From Eledone cirrhosa (lineage: Eukaryota), in contig OZ024745.1 in the NCBI GenBank assembly GCA_964016885.1, positions 118,544,001-118,608,000 of the forward strand: DNA of 64,000 bases, read 5' to 3'. The position numbers and the translations under genes are program-made. Shown piece after piece: positions 1 to 13,057 of the stretch. Within the stretch, counting starts at the first letter, position 1. Every line of letters starts with the position of its first letter. Under the pieces are notes generated by a model that was given only the letters and a program-made list of their open reading frames with translations, was not told the DNA's origin and searched no databases.

Positions 1-535
1 CCATGCAAGCATGGAAAGATGGATGTGATGATGATGAAAGAAATGCTATAAACATTATAACAAAACATGATACTAAGTTAATAATATCAACCCCTTTATA
101 TAATTTTTATATTTAACATTTGTTTACAAATGAATGACACATTTACTTACACACATACATGGACGTGTGCATACACACACAGTCCCATTACATGAAAGAG
201 AGAGAGAAAGAGAGATTAAGTTAAGGAAGGGGGAGAGTTAAGAAGTGTGTAGAAAATAAATAAATAAAAGTTATCGAACCCTGCTATCATTTTTTTTTCT
301 TTCGTTTTCTTACTCTCTCATTGCTTCTCTCTGTCATCCTCTTTCTCTCTCTCTCTCGCATCCTCTCTTTCTCTCTCTCTCTCTCTCTCTCATGCCCCCC
401 CCCACTCTCTCTTACCCACAGAATGGAGACAAAAAAACAAAAATGGATGATTTCTTTCGATATTCATTAGAAAATAAGATAAATTGAATTTAAAAGAATT
501 CCTTGGTTTGCAAAGTAAATTTTTTGTACCATTAC

Positions 536-900
536 CTGTCCAAGTGTCTAGTGAATATGTATATGTAATTCTGAGGAGGTTGGTTCAGTAGTTTGTTAGT
601 TTTAGGTGGACACACAGAATCAAAAACTTGCATTTATATATAAAAGGAACGATCAACTTTCGTCAAATCGGACCGAGGAAACATTGTTTCCATTGGTCTT
701 TCCAATTGATAATACTATCTATCGGTCGCAACTCCAGGTAGAAGGAGCAACGTGAAGAGCGAGGTAACCAATCTTGCCTTAAGTGAATCATCTGGCAGGA
801 AGGTATACGTTGCTGACGATAGCTAATAAGCTTGAAACTAGTACAGCGTTCCTTTGTCAATGTTGAACAAACGAGCAACGATGGTTGCTAGACACTACGG
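536..900 (-). promoter_or_regulatory. CpG-rich segment, candidate promoter/first exon of a minus-strand gene continuing left of the window
   Basis: About 14 CpG in 650-900 against a CpG-poor background. Minus-strand donor CAG|GTAATG at 536/535. An ATG at 633 opens 32 codons (MQVFDSVCPPK...RHLD) up to that donor. No homology recognised. Confidence 0.3.
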
Positions 901-905
901 CTTAA

Positions 906-920
906 TACATATATATATAC

Positions 921-969
<49 letters not shown>

Positions 970-1272
970 TACATATATACATATATATACATATATACAT
1001 ATATACATATATATACATATATACATATATATACATATATACATATACATATACATATATATACATATTTATATATATATATATATATACATATATATAC
1101 ATATATATATATATACATATATACATGGTGGGGATCCCATCACGTGGTTAATCGCCAGAGCGAAGCTATTGACGTCTGCTTTCTTCGGACGATGCAGTCA
1201 GACTCCCGTTCTTGTACCAGCGCTGCTGCTGATGCGATCGTCATAAGCAGGGAGGCAACTCTTGCTACACAC

Positions 1273-1341
<69 letters not shown>

Positions 1342-1435
1342 TACATATATATATACATATACACATATATACATATACATATATGCATACATATATATTC
1401 ATATATATACATATAAAAATGTGAAGAAATGATAA

Positions 1436-1533
<98 letters not shown>

Positions 1534-1546
1534 CGTGCGTGTGTGT
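906..1546. repeat. (TA)n/(TATACA)n and (TG)n microsatellite tracts
   Basis: Directly visible. They explain the YI/HT/CV ORFs in the track. Confidence 0.95.
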
Positions 1547-3235
1547 ATTTAAAAAAGACTAAACTATGACGGTCACTTGCAAAAGAGTATGACTTGGTAA
1601 TATGTACCATGCTTTTGCTAAGGGTTTTAGGCGTCCATACAGTTACAATTAACTACCAACAACCTCTCTCTCTACATCCAGCAGAACATTTATGATGTGA
1701 TAGCTGGTACTTTCTTTAGGACTCCCAAATGTTTGAAAAGTAAAGTGGACCTTTGTAGGTTTTAAACTGATCCAGAAGAAAATATACAACACTCTAATGA
1801 CTGTCAAAATCATCCATCACACATGTACTCCATCTTTTCTGTTTTAGTAAATAACAGTTATTTCCATTTCATAAAATATGCATACCATCATTTTCTCCAT
1901 TTGCCCTAGGGATTGAGCCAGTAGTGGAGGGGAATGGGGCTTGTTATTTCATTCAGGAATCGTTTGAATTGCACGGCTTTAAGTACTTACTATTCCTTCA
2001 AATTCTTCTCTACATTACATATGTGGATATTATACATAATATTACCTCTTCTCACAAACAAGCCTAAAATCACTTTGACAAAGCTAAATATCAAGTATAT
2101 GATTTTGTGAATATTTTCAAACAAAACAAGCATCAGCATATATTTCTACCAAAAGGTTCACTGTTAAGACACCTTTATCCTTACCTGGTGTTGCCAAAGC
2201 TTCATACATTTGTAATGAAATCACCTGCAGCCACAACAAATGTGATAACTTATGAAGACTATCAACACCGATTAGTTTCAGTAATATTTACCAGATACTT
2301 AGAACCCATTATCAGACTCACAAACTTTAAAGAAATTTAATAATAATTATTTCTAACTTGGTTACTACATCGAAAAATGTGCAGGATGCAAGAGGAACAA
2401 GTGTTCATACTGACCCCTCACCCCCACCACAGCACTTGATTATTGTTTATTTAATCAACACTAGAAGGGTGAAAGCCAAACTTGACCTCAGTGGGATCTG
2501 AGGCCAGGATTTAGAAGGATATAAGGCAACATTATACTGCAGTCTGTTAGTAACAACATAAAGAAAATAAAAGACCACCCACAACACTTGCTTCTTGAAG
2601 ATGCAGCAGTTAAGTGAACACATATCTGCTACAATTCTTCAGAGAAGGGTTAAATATACAATTAGTTCACTGAACCTTCCCCTAAACAAACACTGGATTT
2701 CAACAAAGTGTTCACATTTGGCTGACAGTCTAACCAGCAACTGTGACAAATGTATCCAATCTTGTGTCAAAATATATATCAGTGGTACTACCATATAACC
2801 ACACACTACATATTTGTGCCAATGAACAGCTATATATACATGAACCCAGCTCCTGTTAACAAAAACACACAGCCATAAATGCCTTAAGAGGAAGGTCATA
2901 GCTATAATGAAAGCAGCTGACATTTCAGTCACTAACATTCATTAAAGAGGTTATATGCATGAAACACCCAAAAGCAGAGCTTAACAACTGCTCTGAGCTG
3001 TTGTTAAGCTTTGGTTGGCTTCTACTTGATTTCAATGTAGTATTTACAAGGCTTTTTTCAGTAGTCAAATATTACATCTTATTTCCTACGATACTATATT
3101 CACCATTAAAATCTTTAGCAAATATCACATAACAATTTTTATTTCTTCCTTTACCACTACAAAGACTATGTTTTCTCTCCATGGAATAAAACTAGTTCAG
3201 TTCTGAACAACTAACTGCTGACTATATATAATGTA

Positions 3236-3580
3236 CATCATCATCATCATCATCTTTATGTCCGCCTTTTCTATGCTTGCATGGGTTGGACGGGCCCTTT
3301 CTCAGCACATCTCTCCACTTGCCACATTTCTTCTTCATCTCCTCTGTGAGTCTCAGTGATTTGAGGTCAGCTCTCCCCACCTCTGCCCAGGTCTTTCTCA
3401 GTCTACCTCTATTGTGGCTTCCTTCAAATGACATTTCTTGGCACTTCACCCATCGATCATCACCCATGTGCATCACATGTCCATACCAATGCAGTCTTCT
3501 CTCCTACACACCACCTCAGATTCCTCTTAAACCCCGTTTCTCCCTCAGTTCATTTAAGCTCTGCCTATCTCTTATATTTA
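3236..3580 (-). mobile_element. RTE LINE 3' fragment (short-3'UTR family)
   Basis: ORF remnant WVKCQEMSFEG..RGRLRKTWAEV, then a ggacataaag(atg)n tail. Confidence 0.8.
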
Positions 3581-3879
3581 CACTTGACAATCTGCAACAA
3601 ATTAGAACAACTGCTGTATACACACATATTCAAGACATGTTTGTGAATACAAGCAGCTGAAATGGGGTTCCTGCAAAGGGACATTGGAGTAACATGTGTT
3701 ACAGATAGGTGGAACAGCATATATTGCAGTTGTCAGAGAACAATTCTACCAATTTCTATCATAGACACTACATATGTAATGTATAGATGTATTTCTAGTG
3801 GTGTAGGTTCTTTCATTCATCTGATTCCATGTTACTGTTATAAGTCAGTTGAAGCAAAGCTCAGAATAACCTATCTATC

Positions 3880-4157
3880 TAGTAACTGTTTCTACTTTTG
3901 GCACAAGGCCAGCAAATACCCAGTGTATTACTGGTACTTTATTTTATCGACCCCGTAAGGATGAAAGGCAAAGTTAACCTATCTATCTAATAATTGTTTC
4001 TACTTTTGGCACAAGGCCAGCAATTTATCGACCCCCGTAAGGATGAAAGGCAAAGTTAACCTTGGCGGGATTTGAACTCAGATCATAAAGGGACGTAACT
4101 CTATGCTTCAAAGCATGGTGTCCGACTCTCTACCGATACTGCCAATCCACCGCCCTT
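3880..4157 (-). mobile_element. tRNA-derived SINE with Nin-like core, plus a duplicated 3' piece
   Basis: Minus strand shows A box tggcagtatcgg, B box gagttcaaatcc and core ctttgcctttcatccttacgggg..tcgataaa. The tail segment is present twice. Confidence 0.8.
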
Positions 4158-4338
4158 CCCAGTTTTTGCTTCTACTGTATAGCGTCTTCAGAAAGTATTT
4201 CTACCATAACCTCTGAGTGACCTGAACCTTGTGAGTGAAATTAGGTAAAGAGAAATCATGTTAAAGCTCAATAAATGAATTGTACAGTTATAATTTTAAA
4301 GATATGCTTTGCGACAGTGCCAAAAGGTCGGCCTAGAG

Positions 4339-4641
4339 CAGTGGTCTCCAACCTTTTTTATACCACAGACCAGCTTTCCATAGACCGGTAGTTGTACATC
4401 TGTGTTATTTAAGTGTATTTCAATAAAGATACCAGTAATAAAAAGAGCAATTTATTAAAGGGAATAAAAAGTGTATGGAGTATATGAATATTGAATATCT
4501 AAACAAAACTTTTTAAATTAAAGTTCAATATTATATTTATCTATTATATAATTTTAAACAAGTTAATTATTTCTTTGTGGCCCAGTAACAAATGATCCAT
4601 GCACCAGTGCCAGCCCATGGCCCTGAGGATTGGGACTTCTA
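4339..4641. mobile_element. hAT (Charlie/Buster-type) MITE
   Basis: Starts cagtggtctccaacc, ends with a degenerate ggattgggacttcta. Flanks gcctagag/acctagaa resemble an 8-bp nnnTAnnn TSD. Confidence 0.6.
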
Positions 4642-5753
4642 ACCTAGAATATTACATTAAGAGTATAAATGCCTGTGGAATACTCAGCCACTTATAGAAT
4701 TAAATGTGTAGATGTTGTTGATCAAACAACAGGAATGCAGTTCACCAAAAATGAGGCAAGATCCATTATAAGGAATACAAGGAAACATGAACACAAAAAT
4801 AATAATGATATGACTGTGTGTAAGAAAGAAAGCAATTGGAAAGTCATAAATTAGATCATTGATTGTGGTCAGTGGTTTAACCTTCTGGACACTATAAGTG
4901 GGTGTATTATGTCACCGATAGAGTAATCTCCTCTTGATACATAAGGCGTGTTAAAGATTAATGAAATAGACATCAATATAGTTATGTAACTATATTACCT
5001 ATGAAGCAGTCAGAAATTGAAAAAAAAAAAGAGGATAAAATTAAGAAGATATGAATGTATAGAAAATTGAAATCTAGACAAGAAAGATGACATCTTTACT
5101 TAACCAGAAGAGAACTATCTTGTGTTATGAGAATATACATTAGGGTTATTTTGATAACAATATAAGACTATGTTAAGTTATGAAAATATACATTAGGGTT
5201 ATTTTGATAACAATATAAGACTATGCATTATAATAGTTAAGTTAGGGTTGACATATTTAATATTAACATATAAAAAGTCAATGACAAATAATTATCTGGT
5301 GAGTAAAACAATCTCTTAATATATAATACTCTTGTGTATTTGTCCATCACACACTAGAGATGACTGAGGAAGGAAGGGGTGATGATGCCGACTGAGGAAG
5401 GAAGGGGTGATGACGCCGACTGAGGAAGGAAGGGGTGGCAGCATCTTATATTCGCTACACTTGTGTGTGTGTCTATATGTATAGTGAATTGGCTACACAC
5501 ATTGGCTGTTATGATTATGTGTGTGTGTGTGTGTAAATTATATTTATATATAATATGTGTGTGAGTGTATGTGTTTGTGTGTGTGTGTAAATTATATTTA
5601 TATATAATATTTGTGTGAGTGCATGTGTTTGCGTGTGTTTATTTAGAAATATACATGGACAATAGAACTACAAATACACACGAATCTACACATACATATA
5701 TATAAACAGACACACTTAGAAAAAATAATTATTACATACACACACATCTATGA

Positions 5754-5814
5754 GATGACTGAGGAAGGAGGGGGAGGTTAGAAACTATAGAAGTCCAGCA
5801 TTCTAAGTTTCATC
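5754..5814 (+). ncRNA. Degenerate hammerhead-ribozyme-like motif
   Basis: gatga-CTGAGGA-...-GAAAC-tatagaa..ttctaa-GTT-tcatc. Stem I (gatga/tcatc) and stem III pair; stem II does not. The CTGAGGA segment also occurs three times in a 29-bp tandem at about 5360-5437. Confidence 0.4.
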
Positions 5815-6254
5815 AGATTTGTGTGTGTATGTGTAGCGATTTGGCTATACATATTGACTGTGTGTTTGTATGTTTGTATCACTTGTGTGAGTGGGTGTGA
5901 AGGACCAATCAACCAACCAACAAACATATATTTTTTATATTATGTATAGATATTACAATTAGCCATCATTTTTTACGTCACAGGGTCAGCTAGTGGATTA
6001 TTGTAAAGAGTGTTGTGCTCAAGCATGGAGATGCTATAAAATAGTTTATTTCTTCAGCCGAGTTTACATTCGCAAATTTGTTTCAGTTGCTGAATACAAT
6101 CAGGAGTCACTGCTTCTCCTGAAGGTCAACAGTTCTCTTCTAACTCAAGCGGGAGCGCCCTTTCATTGTCAATTTGCATTGATCATCTCCAAAGCCGCAT
6201 TGTTCTCAGAACCACTACACCAGTCTTTCAATGTGTGTAATAACATTTATATAT

Positions 6255-6598
6255 ATCATCATCATCATCATCATTTTACGTCCGCTTTTTCCCTGCTTGC
6301 AAGGGTGGGACGGGAATTGATTCTGGCTTGATTTCTACAGCTGGATGTCCTTCCTAACACCAACCTCATTTACAGTGAGTGCTGGGTGCTTTTTTGCCAT
6401 GGCACCTGCACGACCACTTTGCAGTGGAATGATAAGGACCCCAGTTCCTATCATCTCATTTCTACAGCTGAGTAAACTGGAGCAATGTGAAATAAAGTGT
6501 CTTGCTCAAGGAAACAACACATCACCCGGTCTGAGAATTAAACTCACAACCTTTCGATTGCAAGGCCAATGCTCTAACCACTAAGCCATATGCCTCCG
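6255..6598 (-). mobile_element. tRNA-head CORE-type SINE with RTE-like (GAT)n tail
   Basis: A box tggcttagtgg, B-box-like gagtttaattc, MIR/CORE-like ccttgagcaagacactt..cagtttactcagctgta, tail ggaaaagcggacgtaaa(atg)n. Confidence 0.85.
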
Positions 6599-6601
6599 CG
6601 C

Positions 6602-6634
<33 letters not shown>

Positions 6635-6876
6635 CGTGTGCGGAGATAAATCTATTGTTTTGATTATTCAATTCCAGTACTGAAACATAACTGTGCCTTT
6701 GAAATATGTATAATAAAATATATATTTGGATTTTGAGAATATTTTTCATTTATTAATATTTTAAATATTTTAAATACTCCAGAAAAATTTATTGTCGAGT
6801 GCTTCTAATCCATTGTAAAATTGTATTCATTGAATAATCAATGAACCAAAAAAACTTTGGTTATATATATATATAG

Positions 6877-6922
<46 letters not shown>

Positions 6923-6953
6923 ATACACACACACATATGTGCATATATACACA

Positions 6954-6995
<42 letters not shown>

Positions 6996-7597
6996 TATAT
7001 ATACACACATATATATATATAAAGAGAGAGAGAGAGAGTGAGGGGGGATAATAATGATGATGATCTGGAGGAAAGGGGAACAGAGAACAATACAAAATAG
7101 TTAGAAGAGAGGATAGGCACTTAGCAAGGAGAGAGGCAGAAAATAAGTTTCCACATGCTCTACATCAAAGGTTCTCAGCGGGGAGCATATGCACCCCTGG
7201 AGGGCGTTTTGGAACTCCAGGGGGTCGTTTTGGAGCAAGGGGCGTTTTGAGTTTTGGGGAGGACTGGAAGGCTCTTTACTTTGGTAAGTTTTATAAGCCA
7301 TATTTGTATGTCTTTGAGACAGCCAGTGTGAATGCACTAGAATGAGCATACAGACGTGTCTAGACATTAACCGGCAATTGAGATCCTAAAAATGGAAAAA
7401 CCCACAGTCAACTGGGTCAAGGACACTTTTAGTGCAGCCAGTTAAAATCTTGTCTTTTCTTCACCGATAACAATGTATTTCATATCTGAAATTATTGACT
7501 CAACCGTAACGAGTTAACACTATGTAGATCTATTTTATTCCCTATTGTATAAATAATATTACAAATAAAAAAAAAATAAAAAAAAAAAACACAGAAG

Positions 7598-7995
7598 CGG
7601 GTAGCACACAGATCTAGGACCACATACAACACATAATCAGATAATACACACATCTAGGACCACATACAACACATAAGCAGGTAATACACACATCTAGGAC
7701 CACATGCAACACATAAGGAAGTAGCACACACATCTAGGACCACATACAACACACAGGCAGGTAATACAAACATCTAGGACCACATACAACACATAATCAG
7801 GTAATACAAACATCTAGGACCACATACAACACAATCAGGTAATACATAAATCTAGGACCACATACAACACATAAGGAGGTAATACACACATCTAGGACCA
7901 CATACAACACACAAGCAGGTAATACATACAGCTGGGACCACATGCAATACATAAGCAGGTAATACATACATCTAGGACCAAATACAACACACATT
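7598..7995. repeat. Minisatellite of about 40 bp x about 10 inside the hAT element
   Basis: Unit gtaatacacacatctaggaccacatacaacacataagcag, with variants. Confidence 0.95.
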
Positions 7996-9025
7996 TTATC
8001 ATGTGCTACGGAAGACGCAAGAGCAATGGTCGGCCAACATAAGGGTTTCGTCACTCTTCTGAAGAGAGAAAATCTATCTGTATTTGTTGTTCATTCTGTC
8101 ATTCATCGACAACACTTGGCTGCGAAAAAACTCAGCAAGTCGCTGAGCAAGTCCTTACAGGTGGCCTTCAATGAACAAATTTTCCGGCAACTGTGCCAAG
8201 ATAATGACGAAGAATTTGTCAAGTTGCTTCTTCATAATGAAGTGAGGTGGCTTTCAAAGGGCACGTGCCTTACTCACTTCTTTGAACTGTTCGACTCTAT
8301 CATTGAGTTTCTGCGAGGACGCAACACAGAACTGTACAAGAAAACCCTCAATGTGAGGCAAAACTGCGCCTACCTCACCGACATCGTTGACTAATGCAAT
8401 AGAGTCATTTTGGCTTTGCAGGGGAAGAAGATCACCTTGTTTAAAGCAAGGAATGCTGTGAAAAACATTCCTGGCCAAATTGAATGTCATCGAAAGGAAT
8501 CTTTGTTGACGGGAATTTTATAATTTTCCTAGAGTCGCCAATGTTCAAAACATTGTAAGCGATGACCAACTCCAAATGTATACCGCTTACCTCCGTGCGT
8601 TACAAGACAACATGAGAGAACGGTTTGTCGACCTTTTGCCGATGGACATCCCAATGTGGGTAGCAGATCCCTTCATAGCTAACGTTGATGATTTGGGCGT
8701 TATATTTCAGGAAGAATTCATTGAACTTCAAGCAGATGACATGATCAAAATTAGATTTCCCAAAATAGGTGAACCCCTTTTTTGAATGCAAGAGGAAATT
8801 CAGCGTCGATTTCCACACCTACATGCAGAGGCTAAGAGATTTTCTCTGCCTTTTCCAAGCTCATACTTAGTCAAGAGGAGGTTTGGTGCTGTTTCCAGAC
8901 CACACAGTAAGGCTCACAACCGCTACAATGTAATTACACGTGGAGATCTCCGGCTACATCTTATGAAAATCCAGCCTGATGTCAAAGAGTTAGCTAGACT
9001 CCATAAAGTTCAAGTGTCCCATTGA
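7996..9025 (+). pseudogene. C-terminal half of a hAT transposase, with stops and frameshifts
   Basis: Motifs AMVGQHKGFV, HSVIHRQHLA (CxxH-like), HNEVRWLSKGTCL, PFPSSYLV and RGDLRLHL...QVSH (hATC dimerisation end). Confidence 0.9.
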
Positions 9026-10173
9026 GGTCAAAGTTAAAGTAAGTTGATTTATCCGAAAACTTGGATATGCTATTGTTACAAAGCAAACTAACAATTTTTT
9101 TTATTTATAGTTGCAGTCTGACTGGACTGGAAACCATCTACTACAATTCACTTACTCATTTGTTGTATATATTTTACCATTTACTAATAAATATACCCTC
9201 CCGCGTGGTCATGAAAACCCTCTTCGTGGTCACAAAGCAGAGGGGACATCAAGTTAGATATCAACATTTATTCTGTCCGTTTCATTAAAGGGAAAATTGG
9301 AAAGCTTTGAAATTATATAATTGCCACTGTCTTCCAGATAAGAGCACTCTTTGGATAGACAGAGTTGCTCTTGTATAAATGTTCAAAATATTTGGTATCG
9401 TCTGGTGGGAATATAACAAATTCAACTGGTCCTTATTCATAAAAAAGAACATTTATGTTCCTTTTTTTGAAATTTATATATTTCCTTTCAAGGAATGTAT
9501 TTATACTCTCAGCTGCCTGCAATGGTATCTTTCGAATATTGTTAATCAAATTTTTAGTAATCTACTGATATCAAAATCAGTAGTATATTGAAAAATGGAA
9601 AAATAGGGTAGGGAGCATTTCGTGATTTCAAGGGACAAAAGGGGGCATTTGGCCTAAATGGGTTGAGAACCTGTGCTCTACATGGTGAGGATTAGGTGAA
9701 AGATTGTGTGTAAGAGAAGATTGTTACATGGCTGTGTAGAAGTGTGTCCAAAATGATAGTGGAGTACTAACTCTGGTTGATACTGAGAGGAAAGAGGTAG
9801 GTCATTCCTAGCTGTCCAGTTCTTGTCAATTTCAGTTAGTTTCAAAGACATGATCAAGTCAGCAGTTAAGTCTACTGAGAACAGACACTTGAAGTGGTAT
9901 AAATATGTACCAAAATACAATACATCACAATTATCTAAGAGATGTCTGTCCAGACTAACAAGATCAATGGAAGCTGACCAAATATCATAATAAAAAATAA
10001 CTGCAATGGATTTATCTATATTCTGATTGACATCTCAATCTTTTTAGTGTTAAACATTACTTGAAAGGAAGAGGAGAAACCATTTAAGTTGTTAGACCTT
10101 CAAGTTGAAATAAGCAAGATGCAGGGTATGGAAGTGAAAACACTACCAAAAATAACTGGAGCACTATAAATAT

Positions 10174-10333
10174 ACATCTGACAGTAAAAGACATAAGACA
10201 ACATCACAACATCTGACAGTAAAAGACATAAGACAACATCACAACATCTGACAGTAAAAGACATAAGACAACATCACAACATCTGACAGTAAAAGACAAG
10301 ACAATATCACAACATCTGACAGTAAAAGACATA
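10174..10333. repeat. 35-bp tandem repeat, about 4.5 copies
   Basis: acatctgacagtaaaagacataagacaacatcaca repeated. Confidence 0.9.
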
Positions 10334-10639
10334 ACACCAATTACAAAACTCTAAACACTGAGCCACTAAAGTATTATGTTACACACAATCTTCACAAGAG
10401 GTGAAACACTAAAATAGCAGCTGAAACAATAAAACCATTTAACAATGAAAGACGAATGTTACACCTCTGGAACACGAAAACAAATTCCGCCACTGGGGTT
10501 GATTTAGTTGACTTTCCCCTTTCCCTCAAATGGCTGGCCTTCTGCCTATACTAGAAATCATTATCATCATCATCCTCATCATTTCAACAGCTCTATGTAG
10601 TTTTCTACTGCGTTACTAAATACTATGTAGGAAATCAAT

Positions 10640-10968
10640 AATAATAATAATGGTTTCTGATTTAGGCACAAGGCCAGCAATTTGGGGGGGAGGGGTAAGT
10701 CGAATAAATTCACCCCAGTACATTACAGATACTTTATTTTATTGATCCCATAAAGATGAAAGGCAAAGCTAAGCTTTGTGGGATCATAAAGGGGAATAAC
10801 TCTATGCTGTAAAGCATGGTGTCCGACGCTCTACCGATACTGCCAATCGAACCACCCTAATAATAATAATAGTAATAATTTCTACTTTTGGCACAAAGCC
10901 AGCAAATTCCCAGTACATTTCTGGTACTTTATTTTATCGACCCCGTAAGGATGAAAGGCAAAGTTAAC
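10640..10968 (-). mobile_element. Nin-like tRNA SINE, one full and one partial copy
   Basis: Same core and tail as the 3880-4157 copy. Confidence 0.75.
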
Positions 10969-10969
10969 T

Positions 10970-11445
10970 GAGTACAAAAAGTGGTGACATAACCAGGTGG
11001 TTAAGATGATTCATTGGAAGTTGTTTGAAAAGTGAGGTTTTGAGTGAAGAAAAGAATACACCGGGGAAGGTCCTGGAATCAACAAATTATAAGTTTTTGT
11101 GTGACATTTCAATACAGTCTGATAAAAGAAAAACTAGATATAATTAAGGATAAAGTCAAGAAAGAAGTTTTGATCATAGAGCTATCATGTCCATTTGACA
11201 CCAGACTAGAGCAAAAAGTAAAAAAGATGACCAACTACAACCCACTGAAGTACAAGATGGCTCAGATGTGAAAGCTGAAGAAAGACACTCAATTATATAA
11301 ATTGTCATTGGTTCATTTAGTAGAGTGGTAGATAAGACTAAGACCTAGGTGAAGAATATCAGGAAAGATTGACCATTATTAGAGCTGCTTCGGAAAATAT
11401 GCCTGCTGGGAATGACAAGAATTATTTGGAAAGTGAGAAACTTCT
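10970..11445 (+). mobile_element. Degraded 3' end of an R4/NeSL-like non-LTR element (restriction-like endonuclease domain)
   Basis: IHWKL.., LDIIKDKVKKEVLIIELSCPFDTRLEQK..KMTNYNPLK and VIGS match the PD..D/E RLE C-terminal pattern. Confidence 0.65.
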
Positions 11446-11927
11446 AGAAAAAGAAAAGTGCATGATGCCTAAGATTACCAATTATGGTCTGTTATCAATA
11501 CAGATACATATATATATGTATTTTCTAGTTTCCTTACTATAGAGTCAGATATTTCAAGAGAGAAATCTCTAGTGTAGAAACAAGAGTTGATATATCTGAT
11601 ATTGTTGTAAGTAAAAATAAACCAAGTATATATACTGTTTTTGGCATTGAGTAGTTGGGGGGGGGGGGAGGAGATTATTGTAAATACAAGATTCTAATTT
11701 TTCTCTTACTCTCCTCTTTCTTCCAATATATATATATATATGCACGCGCATACACACATACACACACATATATATACACACACACATACATATATACACA
11801 CACATGCATATATATATACACACACACACGCATATATACACACACACACACATATATACACACACACATATATATACACACACATATATACACACACACA
11901 CATATATACACACACATATATATATAT

Positions 11928-11958
<31 letters not shown>

Positions 11959-11992
11959 AACACTTCATTTATATATATATATATATATATAT

Positions 11993-12061
<69 letters not shown>

Positions 12062-12142
12062 GTTTAACGTCCATCTTCCACGCTAGCATGGGTTATATGT
12101 ATATATATATATATATATATACATACATACATATCATCATCA

Positions 12143-12481
12143 TTCATCATCATCATCATTTTACGTCCGCTTTTCCCTGCTTGCAAGGGTGGAACGGGAA
12201 CTGATTCTGGCTTGATTTCTACAGCTGGATGCCCTTCCTAACACCAACCTCATTTACAGTGTGGACTGGGTGCTTTTTTGCCGTGGCACCTCCACGACCA
12301 CTTTGCAGTGGAATGATAGGGACCCCAGTCCCTATCATCTCATTTCTACAGCTGAGTAAACTGGAGCAATGTGAAATAAAGTGTCTTGCTCAAGGAAACA
12401 ACAGATCACCCGGTCTGAGAATTGAACTCACAACCTTTCGATTGCAAGGCCATGGCTCTAACCACTAAGCCATGTGCCTCC
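12143..12481 (-). mobile_element. CORE-type SINE with RTE-like tail
   Basis: Near-identical to 6255-6598. Confidence 0.85.
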
Positions 12482-12622
12482 ATATATATATATATATATC
12501 CAGGGAGTGTAACGCAGAGTTACTGTAGGTTCACCCGGGTGAGCACTCGATGTTTAGGTTCACGTCGGTATCGAGGTGTAGAGCTAGACAGAGTATAGTA
12601 TAATATATATATATTCATTCTG

Positions 12623-12741
12623 TCATTACTACCAGAGAGGTCCGACGAGCCATTGATTGCAGAGTCAGGCTAGATCGATACAGATCGAACCTTGAGCTGA
12701 TCAATAATGAAACACGCATCACCAACCAATAAACGTAATGA
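12623..12741 (+). ncRNA. Degenerate hammerhead-like motif with long stem II, in a TA-flanked element (about 12500-12775)
   Basis: ggt-CCGACGA-gccattgatt...gatcaat-aat-GAAAC-ACGC-ATC-acc, with a distal stem I pair tcattac/gtaatga. Confidence 0.4.
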
Positions 12742-12780
12742 AGGAGTAACCATTCATCCTTGTTTTATTTTATTATATAT

Positions 12781-12994
12781 CATCATCATCATCATTTTAC
12801 GTCCGCTTTTCCCTGCTTGCAAGGGTAGGACGGGTCTTATTCAGCACAGCATCTCTCCACTCGTCACGGTCCCTCGTCATCTCCACCGTGAGCTTCAATG
12901 ATCTGAGGTCTGTTCTCACCACCTCCGCCCATGTTTTTCGTGGTCTACCTCTACCACGTCTTCCTTCAACTGGCATTTCCTGGCACTTCTTCAC

Positions 12995-12997
<3 letters not shown>
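12781..12997 (-). mobile_element. RTE LINE 3' fragment (short-3'UTR family)
   Basis: KKCQEMPVEGRRGRGRPRKTWAEVVRTDL, then a (GAT)n tail. Confidence 0.85.

Positions 12998-13051
<54 letters not shown>

Positions 13052-13057
<6 letters not shown>

Larger units (their letters stand above)
7166..9675 (+). mobile_element. hAT DNA transposon, Buster/Charlie (ZBED8/SCAND3-like) group, defective
   Basis: Perfect 8-bp TSD ctctacat (7158-7165 and 9676-9683). Imperfect TIRs caaaggttctcagc / cacaggttctcaacc. Transposase remnant inside. Confidence 0.92.

Noticed and set aside
854-1610. YI/HT/CV-rich ORFs here and near 6.8, 11.7, 14.1, 17.2, 28.2, 33.0 and 53.9 kb
   Set aside because: They are translations of (TA)n, (CA)n and (TATG)n microsatellites, which lack stop codons.
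6345-6584. Recurrent 79-aa ORF (also 12229-12468 and 20362-20601)
   Set aside because: It is the antisense reading of the same SINE, so recurrence reflects copy number.
7598-7995. CRISPR-like array
   Set aside because: The variable parts are point variants of one unit, not unique spacers.
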